Positions 16,742 through 25,410 of a stretch of 64,000 nt of DNA are shown piece by piece. The position numbers were made by a program, and so were the translations under genes. Under the pieces are notes generated by a model. It was not told where the DNA came from. It ran no database searches and saw only the letters and a program-made list of their open reading frames with translations. The stretch is from Giardia intestinalis (taxonomy: Eukaryota): NCBI GenBank assembly GCA_000002435.2, contig CM018793.1; one strand, 5' to 3'. How positions within the stretch are numbered: the stretch's first letter is position 1; the number at the start of each line of letters is the position of its first letter.

Positions 16742-18541
16742 ATGGGAAAAGATCCCCTTTTCATCGTCACAAGACTGAATAATGCCCAGCTTCTTGTAGA
16801 GCAAGGAACGTTGAACGTCGGGCCAGACTTCTCTGTTGAAAGTAACTGGCACTCCATTGACTGGTTCAAAACTCAAAGCGAGCGGCTCTTAGAAGTTATC
16901 CCCCTTAATAAGAAGAACCTCATATGTTGTATTCTATCAACTCAGATTACTTGTATAGATATCACTACAAGTGGACGGCCCTGCTCTCTTTCGCTGCAGT
17001 CGCCTATCTCTCATTATTGTTATTATGAGTACCTTCCAATGTGCCTCTTTCTGGCAATCCAGACGTCTGATGCTCTCAGAGTTTATAAACTCGTTTACGA
17101 AGGCCAGCAGCCATACTTCCAGACCATATATGAGTTCCCCAGTGATCTCCTTTTAGGCTTGGGAAAGATCATGACCATGTCGATGTGTCCTGACTTCCTC
17201 GCTATCTGCACATGCGTTTACCCACACGGGAAGCGTAGCGCCCTTACAACCATCAACGTGTTCCATATTTTGGATGATAGGTGGTCTTCCAACGCAGAAG
17301 ATAGCAGAGAAACTAAGGATGACGGCGAGTCAAACCCCGGCCCTGGGTCTGTCTCGACCACTGCCTTCCAGCTTCTAGGCCGCCCTAAGACAATTCAATT
17401 TGATAAGGCGTCTCAGCTCATAATCGTCCTCAAGCGGAGCGAAACATACTACTTCTTCAGATACAAGTTTTTCTCTGAGCTCACAAGCGAAGGGGCACCT
17501 GTTGTCCGCGGAGAGCTTCTCTCTGAACCGGCCACTGGCATGCAGTATCAATTCCGCTCATGCATTAGCAAGCACTCAATTCTATATGCAGGCCGTTATC
17601 CCAACTATGTCTGTATAGAGTGTCGCCGGAATCCTCGGAGCTTCACCTTTGCTGCTCATTGTGAGTTCTCCAGCGAACGCGAAGTAGTTGGCGTGTCTAA
17701 TACCCCTAACGGATCTTTTGTTGCGGCTGTTGACCCTAACAGAACCCACATCGACCTTTACTACAACTTCTGCTTTTGCGCAAGCATTCAACTTGTTGGA
17801 AAGGGTGGGCCCATACAAAAGGGCTCAAAGCTTCTGGGGTGCTGCATCCTCCCGGAGTCCTACTATCTCTTAGCCTACACATCTACGGGCCTCATGGCCT
17901 TGTACTGTATCCAGAACTGCTCATATGGCTTATTCCAGGTCAACAGGACATATACTCTTCCCCTGGCATCGTATGCCATTGAACGCACGCGTCGCTCACT
18001 CCTTGTTCTTTATGATACGCACTATCTCTACCTCTACATAAAGCCTACCGATGATATGGACTCTCTAACCTCGGCCACGGCGTGGTGTCCTAACCCCGCT
18101 CACGTCGCCGCTTACCAAAAGATCTTTACGGATGAGCGGGGGGCCATGGAAATCGCTGGCTTCACAACAGGAGTTGCTGGCGATAAGTCCATCATAAATA
18201 TCACCCTCAAATTTAAGACGGACGAGTCGTTTGTGGTAACGCTAGATCTAGAAGATGGAGACTTCGTGCCCGATAGCCTTACCGCAGCTATTGCCAGCAC
18301 TACTGCGCGCATAGAGAGCACAGGAGCCCAGACGGCGGTCCATAATCTCAGTCCACAGAGTCCAGATACAACCGCAGCCCCTACCAGTACTAGCATACCT
18401 GCTCCTGATTCTCGAATCTGCAATACTACTAACCCAAACACTTATTTAGAAGACGAGCGAGAGCAAGTCCAGAGCGTTCTATCTTCGATACCCACATCAG
18501 AGCAACCACCAGCTGACAACACTGACACCCAAGTAGCATAG
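16742..18541 (+). CDS. hypothetical protein (599 aa)
   Basis: Long ORF divergent from SAC1 (122-bp gap). Composition is globular, with a Ser/Thr/Pro-rich C-terminal tail. No motif I can name. Confidence 0.45.
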   Translation: MGKDPLFIVTRLNNAQLLVEQGTLNVGPDFSVESNWHSIDWFKTQSERLLEVIPLNKKNLICCILSTQITCIDITTSGRPCSLSLQSPISHYCYYEYLPMCLFLAIQTSDALRVYKLVYEGQQPYFQTIYEFPSDLLLGLGKIMTMSMCPDFLAICTCVYPHGKRSALTTINVFHILDDRWSSNAEDSRETKDDGESNPGPGSVSTTAFQLLGRPKTIQFDKASQLIIVLKRSETYYFFRYKFFSELTSEGAPVVRGELLSEPATGMQYQFRSCISKHSILYAGRYPNYVCIECRRNPRSFTFAAHCEFSSEREVVGVSNTPNGSFVAAVDPNRTHIDLYYNFCFCASIQLVGKGGPIQKGSKLLGCCILPESYYLLAYTSTGLMALYCIQNCSYGLFQVNRTYTLPLASYAIERTRRSLLVLYDTHYLYLYIKPTDDMDSLTSATAWCPNPAHVAAYQKIFTDERGAMEIAGFTTGVAGDKSIINITLKFKTDESFVVTLDLEDGDFVPDSLTAAIASTTARIESTGAQTAVHNLSPQSPDTTAAPTSTSIPAPDSRICNTTNPNTYLEDEREQVQSVLSSIPTSEQPPADNTDTQVA

Positions 18542-18626
18542 ACCAGCTATCAGACACACCACCACCTGTAGGAGACAGAAGAAGACCGAATGAGAAGTCT
18601 TATCTCTAGGATCCAGAATTAAAGGT

Positions 18627-18633
18627 AGTTCAC
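18627..18633 (-). promoter_or_regulatory. AGTGAAC putative polyadenylation signal downstream of the Cys-rich gene
   Basis: The plus strand reads gttcact. The reverse complement AGTGAAC matches the Giardia AGTRAAY poly(A) signal consensus. It sits ~25 nt 3' of the minus-strand stop. Confidence 0.4.
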
Positions 18634-18654
18634 TCATTGCAGGGACTAGTGCAT

Positions 18655-18843
18655 CTAGTCAGCCTTAGCACACGGGCAATTCGGCCCGCACTTGCAGTCA
18701 GCAGACGGATTCCCAGGCTTGCACTTGCAGCTAGGCCCACATTTGCACCCACCATTGTCACAGCAGCCACCACTAGGGTTTGCAGCCACCGGTGCCTTGT
18801 TACCACAGCCGCAGCCACCACAGCACGCTCCAGGAGTAGACAT
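18655..18843 (-). CDS. small Cys-rich metallothionein-like protein (~62 aa from internal ATG)
   Basis: 'MSTPGACCGGCGCGNKAPVAANPSGGCCDNGGCKCGPSCKCKPGNPSADCKCGPNCPCAKAD'. About 30% Cys, arranged as C-x-C, CC and C-K-C clusters with Gly/Pro/Lys spacers. No aromatic residues. The track ORF starts on a non-ATG codon 16 codons upstream. An AGTGAAC motif lies ~25 nt past the stop. Confidence 0.45.
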   Translation of the reverse strand: MSTPGACCGGCGCGNKAPVAANPSGGCCDNGGCKCGPSCKCKPGNPSADCKCGPNCPCAKAD

Positions 18844-19398
18844 TTTATTTGCCGAAGTTTCTAAAAAATAGTTTAAACTATTTTGCAACACGTTGTGCGG
18901 GGGCTTACGGGGCCAAGAGGTGCGAATTCAAAGTTGGCAAGGCCATCTGTGAGAGTAGACAGGTTAAGATGCCTAGGAGTGTATTTTCCCCAGAAGTCCT
19001 GGTTAGAGTAGAGCCTAAATGAACACGGAAAGCCTTATTGTTGTCGTTAGCCAAGGTAGCTCTTGCTTATTTCAGCATTTTGGGATGCGGTAGTACATTG
19101 AAGCCCGTTGGTTCGGCCTGCTAGAACGAAAAAGGGCTGCGCTGTCCAAAAGATTTTATGGTCAGCAAGAAAAAATATTCGATTCCGAGTATCTGTAGTC
19201 TGCAGGAAGCTCAGCACCTAGACTTTGACCTGAAAGAAGCGCCCGCTGAGTTCTAGAGGCCCTCTCGTGGCGTTCTTGGTCTACCTAGCATTGTCAATAC
19301 CAGGCGACAGCTAAAGCTTTAGCGCCCTGATTCTTTACCTGGGTGCCTATCTGTGATATAGTTAACCGTTTCTGAGCATTTCCCACACCTGTAGTAAA

Positions 19399-22300
19399 TT
19401 GCTTTTTTATCTGACTGGCCACGGAATGGAACCAATGGAGACGTCTCAATCACAAGGCACAGACAGCAGTAACTTGGACCGGTGGTTTACAGCAGTTGCC
19501 GAGCGGCAGTACAACTTTATCATAGCAGAGCTGCCGACTTTCAAGTGCTCCAAGAATGCTCACGGTAACACAGCACTAATAGAGGCAGTCTTCCTTGCAG
19601 ACGAACCTGCAGTTCAAATTCTTGCTGCACATGAGTTTGGCTGTAGAAGCGATAATGGAAAGACCGCTCTTGAAGTTGCTTATGAGGTCGGCTTTGTAAG
19701 AGCGTGCGACATTCTTGCTCAGTTTGAGATGGAAGCCCTACATGCGCGTGGAATTTTCCTTTGCCACAGAGCTGTATCTGATGGAAACCTTCCTATGGTG
19801 AGATCTCTTTCACCTTTTTCCATCAACATCGTCCAGCCTACTACGAACCAAACCGCACTGGACTTAGCAATTCGCTTGCCAAGCTCTGACGCAATTATTG
19901 AGGAACTGGTGAATATCTCTGCCATAAGCCTAGAGACGCTTGATCAGGCTTGTAAAACAGCCAGCGAGACTCGAAAAGTCCATGGAGATCGATCAATATT
20001 AGAGCTCCTGCTCATATTTCGCAACAAAAAGGAAGCGAATGCATGCCAACGCTGCGGATGTTTACGAAAGCAACTTATTTATTTGTCATCCCAGTTTCAT
20101 AGGCTCTATTCCAATTTCAGTAACCCATCGAAGGGCGCACAGTCAAGGAGTAACAATAGCTCTCGAAGTTCAAGCGTAGAAGAAGACCTTGCAGGACGGC
20201 AACGGAAGCCACAAAGACATCGGGGCAAAGGGCTTGGTGCAAAGCTTAGTAATCAGGTTTCTGGTGATGCAAAAGAGCACAGCACATCAGACGGCTCAGA
20301 GCATGGAGCGGTTCTGTCCTTTTCTTTGACGCGAGGCTTTGAAAAGCTACGCAGCATGCTTCCCAACGCTTCATTTGACCTAAACATTGACGATAAAGTG
20401 CTCACTGAACTGCTACACTTGTCTAGAACCATGAGAAGGGAGATCTCCTCATTGCGAGAAGACATAGCTCGTAAAAACGAGACTATAGCACAGCTACAGA
20501 GAGAGCTAGGGACTGACAAAACCGACAAACCCGAGTCGTATACTGATGGAAAGGAGGAAGAAGAGATAGAAATTATTCTTAGACCTCACAGTGGGCGCAG
20601 CTGCGCATGCAGTGGAGAGACCAGGGGAGCAACTCCGAAGGAAATTGTGGACACACTAGAATCCAAAGGTTCAAAGAAGTCAGCGGGAAATACAACCAGT
20701 TCTGTGACTGAGTCCAATAATAAGCTTTTAGAAGAAGCCATTGCAGCTATAAAAGCGAAGGATTTGTATATAAATTCTCTTCTCGATGAAAACGACAGTT
20801 TGAAGAAAGGTGCTGCTGAACTAGATACTAGTTCCTATCAAGAGATGATCACGTCTCAGCAGGAACAGATAACCCATCTTATAGATTTGCTATACCAATC
20901 CAAGGCAGCGCTCGAGAAAATGAGTGAGGTCGAGGTGCGTTGTAGCACACTGGAAGACGACAATTCTCTCCTCCGTCAACGGATACAATGTTTGGAAAAA
21001 GCACCACAACAAGACGTGCATCGGGCCTCTGTTGTTCATAAAGGGGTATCTGCTATAGAATCAAGTTCCAGCTCTCGACACACTAACTCTTTGAATAATC
21101 CGGCAGCAGAGCGCATACAGCATTTAGAAGCTACCATAAGGTCTCTGTGTACTGAACTGGACCGTCAAAAGCTGCGTGCACGGGAGTTCGAGAATGATAT
21201 GCAGACACTGGCTGCTGCTAGATCCCACACAGAGATGCTTAAGGAAAAAGTGCTGTGCCAACAGGACGAGATTAAGCGTCTTAACGAGGTGATTGGGGTA
21301 CAGCAGAATTACTTGGAACTAAAAGAGATAGAACTTACGAAGATGACCAAAAGCCTCGAAGAGTTGGCTTTGAGCACAGAGAAGAATAACGAGAGTAAGG
21401 AGCGCTCGGTCTGTGAATCTAGCGCAGATCCAAGGCGTGCTTTTGGATGTGAAGACTTGAAGGCAGCCATACCAAGTGATTCGCCGAGTGCTCCGCGCAG
21501 ACTTTTACGGCGTGCAAACTCCTCACGTCCAGCAACGAGTAACGCAGGAGAGTCCAGACAAAGGCGTGAAGAATCGATACACGTAGCCGTGGACGGTTCT
21601 ACTCGAAGTGGACGTGCACTAAGCGCCTCTGTGGGCCATCGACAGACGAGCTCAGACATGACACTCTATGACCTGGAGTCTACTCCGACCCCAGTCCAGC
21701 GCCTACATAACCAGGAAGTGTCGAGTGAGCTTGTCAAGGAAATGGTGCACTCAGTGATGCAGAGTAGCCCTAGTCTCAAGATACAGCACCCAGGAAACCA
21801 GAGCTCCCTACTCCCCACTCCCTCGTCTGCTAGCCACGCGAAGCCTCCATCACTTGTGCGAGGAGCCCCAGAACTACAACGAAGCAGCTTACAAACACCA
21901 CGCCAACGAAGAATCAGCAACAAGCAACAAGTGGTGGCAATAGCGGCGTCTAGCGCGGCAAACATTGCTGCAGCGCGTCAGGCACTCGGTATGTCAACGC
22001 CGACCACCATTGTCACTGATGCTGCACGCCCTCCCAGTCAGGGTGTGAGTCGATCTACTGGTTCAATTAATCGTGGAGGATTAACCAAACTTATGTCTGC
22101 AGCTATAAGAGGCGACCTAGTGACAGCTAAAGCCTATTTGAAGCAGGACGTTGGGCTCCAAGATGTTGAAGGAAGGTCAGCTTTGTTTTACGCTACGCTC
22201 CACAACCATCCGAGCATTGTCAGAGAACTTGTTTCACGAGAGGCTCTTCTGTCAACAAATAGAAAATACAAGGATGGAGCAGGCGTCACGGCTTTAATGG

Positions 22301-22455
22301 TTGCTGCCCAGGAAGGCCACAAGGAGTGCATCAAATTGCTGTATCGTGCTGAGAAAGATTGCAGAACAGTAAGAGGAAAAGGTTGCATTGATTTTGCCAA
22401 GAATGATCTCGTCGTCAGGTTCATCCAGGGATTGGCAGTAAAGCAAAAATACTGA
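19399..22455 (+). CDS. ankyrin-repeat / long coiled-coil protein (Protein 21.1 type, 1018 aa)
   Basis: N-terminal ankyrin repeats ('GNTALIEAVFLADEPAVQIL', 'GKTALEVAYEVGFVRACDIL', 'NQTALDLAIRLPSSDAII'). Central ~450 aa are coiled coil (LEEAIAAIKAKDLYINSLLDENDSLKK..., IQHLEATIRSLCTELDRQKLRAREFEND...). C-terminal ankyrin repeats ('GRSALFYATLHNHPSIVRELV', 'GVTALMVAAQEGHKECIKLL'). A likely ATG start is MEPMETS a few codons into the track ORF. Confidence 0.75.
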   Translation: MLFYLTGHGMEPMETSQSQGTDSSNLDRWFTAVAERQYNFIIAELPTFKCSKNAHGNTALIEAVFLADEPAVQILAAHEFGCRSDNGKTALEVAYEVGFVRACDILAQFEMEALHARGIFLCHRAVSDGNLPMVRSLSPFSINIVQPTTNQTALDLAIRLPSSDAIIEELVNISAISLETLDQACKTASETRKVHGDRSILELLLIFRNKKEANACQRCGCLRKQLIYLSSQFHRLYSNFSNPSKGAQSRSNNSSRSSSVEEDLAGRQRKPQRHRGKGLGAKLSNQVSGDAKEHSTSDGSEHGAVLSFSLTRGFEKLRSMLPNASFDLNIDDKVLTELLHLSRTMRREISSLREDIARKNETIAQLQRELGTDKTDKPESYTDGKEEEEIEIILRPHSGRSCACSGETRGATPKEIVDTLESKGSKKSAGNTTSSVTESNNKLLEEAIAAIKAKDLYINSLLDENDSLKKGAAELDTSSYQEMITSQQEQITHLIDLLYQSKAALEKMSEVEVRCSTLEDDNSLLRQRIQCLEKAPQQDVHRASVVHKGVSAIESSSSSRHTNSLNNPAAERIQHLEATIRSLCTELDRQKLRAREFENDMQTLAAARSHTEMLKEKVLCQQDEIKRLNEVIGVQQNYLELKEIELTKMTKSLEELALSTEKNNESKERSVCESSADPRRAFGCEDLKAAIPSDSPSAPRRLLRRANSSRPATSNAGESRQRREESIHVAVDGSTRSGRALSASVGHRQTSSDMTLYDLESTPTPVQRLHNQEVSSELVKEMVHSVMQSSPSLKIQHPGNQSSLLPTPSSASHAKPPSLVRGAPELQRSSLQTPRQRRISNKQQVVAIAASSAANIAAARQALGMSTPTTIVTDAARPPSQGVSRSTGSINRGGLTKLMSAAIRGDLVTAKAYLKQDVGLQDVEGRSALFYATLHNHPSIVRELVSREALLSTNRKYKDGAGVTALMVAAQEGHKECIKLLYRAEKDCRTVRGKGCIDFAKNDLVVRFIQGLAVKQKY

Positions 22456-22475
22456 TTCGGCAGCGTTTTCAAAAA

Positions 22476-24632
22476 ATGGAGTCCGCCGACAGCTCTATTT
22501 CCTCTTGGTTCGAGCTTGTGGAGCGGCAAGACACGATAGCAATTGCTCACCAGTTGAAGAAGTACGCCGGCCAGCGGAATAGCGAGGGACTCACAGCTCT
22601 CATGTTTGCTGCCCGTCATAACCTCCATGACTCAATCAAGGCTCTCCTAAAGGCCGAAGCAACCCTGACCACTGCAGAGGGGTACACAGCTCTTATGTTC
22701 GCAGCGTCGCTCGGGAACTACGTCGCTTGTGAGCTACTGCTGCATGCAGAAGGGGCAATTGGGCTCGAAGACGGACGAACAGCGCTTTTTCTCGCAGCGA
22801 GCGAGAATCATGACACATGTATTTTTCTCTTGGCTCAATACTTAGGGAGTACGCGCGATATATACGGGCGCACAGCGCTGGATTATTGCGTTTATGCGGA
22901 TGCTTTCCAGGCGGCCGAAGCGTACGTCAAAAGTGTCTTTGTTCGTAATATCTACTTGCCAGGAAGCTCCTACGGAGACTCCATGACCAGGTCTACCGCG
23001 AAGCTTGAGCGTGGTGGAAAACATGATCCGGAATTGGAGTCTTTGCACGATCCAACCGTTCATCGCTACACAAGTCTGTTGCTAGATGAATTAATGCAGG
23101 CCTGTAGGCTTGCAAGTGAGCAGAACAAGGATGAGATGTGTGGCTTTCTACGCTATGTTCAGGAGGCCGTCAAGACTGACCACTTTTTTCGCTTCAGAGG
23201 ACTATATGCAGAATACACCCTTCAGTGCCTACGCAAGGAGCAGAGGGAAATCACAGTCAAATATTGTGAGCAAATGGCGATAAATGAGACAAATGCAAAG
23301 CTAATAGATGAGTTAAAAGCAGATCTAAAGTCAGCAAAAATGCATAAAGAAGGAGCACAGCTTAGCATAGCCCGTTCTATTCAAACTCATGAACTGGCGC
23401 TGGAGCATGGATCATGCAAGGCTGCGTCACCGACACATTCATCCACCGCAAATGTGTCTGCACTTCATAGAAAGATCAGTGAGCAGGAAGCAACAATTCA
23501 GTCTCTTCGAAAGGCGATGAATACCCTCTCAGCTGAAAAACTCTCCCTCTTATCGTCCACAGGTAGGACTGCTTCAGAGCTCGAGAAGGAGAACGAGCTT
23601 CTCCTCAGCTCCATTCAGTCTGGTAAGGCACGCTCCCAATCGTGCAGCATTTCTTTTAAATCACGCACAAAAAGATGTCCTGACGAACAACCCGGCGCTG
23701 TACAAGCAAACAGATCTTCCATTGATCAGAGGAAGGCATTAGTAGATACATCAGACAATCACTCGCTCTTACAGCATACTCCATCACCTCCAGAGCCATC
23801 TGTAACTCGGAGAAGCATAGGATCGCAGCTCAACTCCCTGTCTCCTGAGGCCAGCCCGCCCTCTCCAGGAGTGCGGATTGTTCCTATTTCTCCGTCAAGT
23901 TCTAGCATCAACCAGAATGTGGTTCCCAGGCCTCAGTTGACCTGTTCTCCACCATCACCGCCCTCTCCCGTGCACCAGCCTAGTGTCCCGGTGTATGTGC
24001 CACTACACACAGAACTGCACACAGAGCTACCTGTCGAGACAGACATAGACAAGTGTCTTGCACAGTTTGTCCCTAACATATCCGTCCCAAAGAATGAGGC
24101 TTATTATCGCAACTTGGTCGCTGTTGACCGTAACACGTACTCTCGTCTCATGAGAGCTGTCGAGCAAGGCAATAAAACGCTCATCGTTTCCACTCTGGGG
24201 GAGTCTGTTCAGACAAGTCAGCTCGGGGTCTCTGCCATGATGCTCGCGGTTAAGATGCGAAGCATTGAGGTTGTACGCATTTTGAAGCTGAAGTCACTTC
24301 GGATAGCAATGAGATGCGGTTACACAGCTCTTATGGAGTGTTGCAAGAATGGGTACTCTGAGATGATATGCCACCTAATATCTGAGGCTGGTATGCAAAC
24401 AGGAAATGACTTCCAGTGGGGTGCAGGGTGCACGGCCCTAATGATTGCGTGCTACTACGGCCACTCTGACTGCGTTCGGCAGCTGCTAGACATAGAGGGA
24501 AAGATCTACACCCCCTCGGGAATTCGGCCCAGAGACTTCTGCTCAAGCCCAGAGCTTCTTGATATTATTGGAGAGCGTACTCTTGGTGGGCCGTGTCTCT
24601 CTCAGTTGGAGCCACTTTTCCCATTATTTTAG
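22476..24632 (+). CDS. ankyrin-repeat / coiled-coil protein (Protein 21.1 type, 718 aa)
   Basis: N-terminal ankyrin repeats ('GLTALMFAARHNLHDSIKALL', 'GYTALMFAASLGNYVACELLL', 'GRTALFLAASENHDTCIFLL', 'GRTALDYCVYADAFQAAEAYV'). A central coiled coil. C-terminal ankyrin repeats ('GVSAMMLAVKMRSIEVVRIL', 'GYTALMECCKNGYSEMICHL', 'GCTALMIACYYGHSDCVRQLL'). It begins 20 bp after the stop of the preceding paralogue. Confidence 0.75.
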   Translation: MESADSSISSWFELVERQDTIAIAHQLKKYAGQRNSEGLTALMFAARHNLHDSIKALLKAEATLTTAEGYTALMFAASLGNYVACELLLHAEGAIGLEDGRTALFLAASENHDTCIFLLAQYLGSTRDIYGRTALDYCVYADAFQAAEAYVKSVFVRNIYLPGSSYGDSMTRSTAKLERGGKHDPELESLHDPTVHRYTSLLLDELMQACRLASEQNKDEMCGFLRYVQEAVKTDHFFRFRGLYAEYTLQCLRKEQREITVKYCEQMAINETNAKLIDELKADLKSAKMHKEGAQLSIARSIQTHELALEHGSCKAASPTHSSTANVSALHRKISEQEATIQSLRKAMNTLSAEKLSLLSSTGRTASELEKENELLLSSIQSGKARSQSCSISFKSRTKRCPDEQPGAVQANRSSIDQRKALVDTSDNHSLLQHTPSPPEPSVTRRSIGSQLNSLSPEASPPSPGVRIVPISPSSSSINQNVVPRPQLTCSPPSPPSPVHQPSVPVYVPLHTELHTELPVETDIDKCLAQFVPNISVPKNEAYYRNLVAVDRNTYSRLMRAVEQGNKTLIVSTLGESVQTSQLGVSAMMLAVKMRSIEVVRILKLKSLRIAMRCGYTALMECCKNGYSEMICHLISEAGMQTGNDFQWGAGCTALMIACYYGHSDCVRQLLDIEGKIYTPSGIRPRDFCSSPELLDIIGERTLGGPCLSQLEPLFPLF

Positions 24633-24804
24633 ACGCATACAAAGTAGCGTGTATGTCTTTGAAGCGTATTTATTTTTTGTAAACAAATTACCTCTCCTAC
24701 TGTTACTACCGTTCATCAACTGTACTGACCTTGCGAATTGTGCATCCATATTTTCGAAATAAATAATTGACGATCAATCAATCACTAAACGCCAAGCCTT
24801 TGTC

Positions 24805-25206
24805 TTGAAAAGTGATAAAATGACTAGCTCATCCTGTCGTAACATCCTTGTTTTTCTGGAGGAAAAAATGTATCTGTTTGCAAACTACCCACTGGAAAGG
24901 AGTCTTCAAGATTTCCGAAAAGATGTCTTGGGGCAAATCAGAGAAAAGAAGCATTCGTCCATTTTGTTGGGGCTTATCCACGATGGAAGCATACTCAAGG
25001 ACTCTGAAGCGCCAATGAGTGCGCTGCTTCTTGGCAGCGAACCGATTATACACGCCACTGTAGTCCCGGTCACGCCTCCACTGAAGCCTGTTACTATTTT
25101 TCCCGGGTCCCTGAGCGACCTTTATCGAATATTGCAAGAAACTCTTGTCCAGGCTCCTCTAGGGGAACAGACAGGGTCGTCGTCTAATACGCCCAGTGCA
25201 ACTTAG
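24805..25206 (+). CDS. hypothetical small protein, possible ubiquitin-like beta-grasp fold
   Basis: 133-aa ORF. The alternating hydrophobic pattern (ILVFL / YLFANY / helix SLQDFRKDVLGQI / ILLGLIHDGSILKD / IIHATVV) fits a beta-grasp fold. A similar-size antisense ORF (24829..25137) competes for this locus, so the strand choice is tentative. Confidence 0.3.
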   Translation: MKSDKMTSSSCRNILVFLEEKMYLFANYPLERSLQDFRKDVLGQIREKKHSSILLGLIHDGSILKDSEAPMSALLLGSEPIIHATVVPVTPPLKPVTIFPGSLSDLYRILQETLVQAPLGEQTGSSSNTPSAT

Positions 25207-25410
25207 TCATTTAAGTCTAAATTGTAGATTAGATGAATTGGGTTGAAGATGTAGTGTCACTCCAAGAGCCAGTTTTGAATGTTTTAGGCCGTCTTCCAAG
25301 CACACGAGTAACGCAATTGATAATGCCCACCATCCAAACTACTTTCTGTTGAGAACGCTTTTGTTTCTTAGGTTGAAAAAAATTACTGCCGGTTATAATT
25401 TTAACATTTT

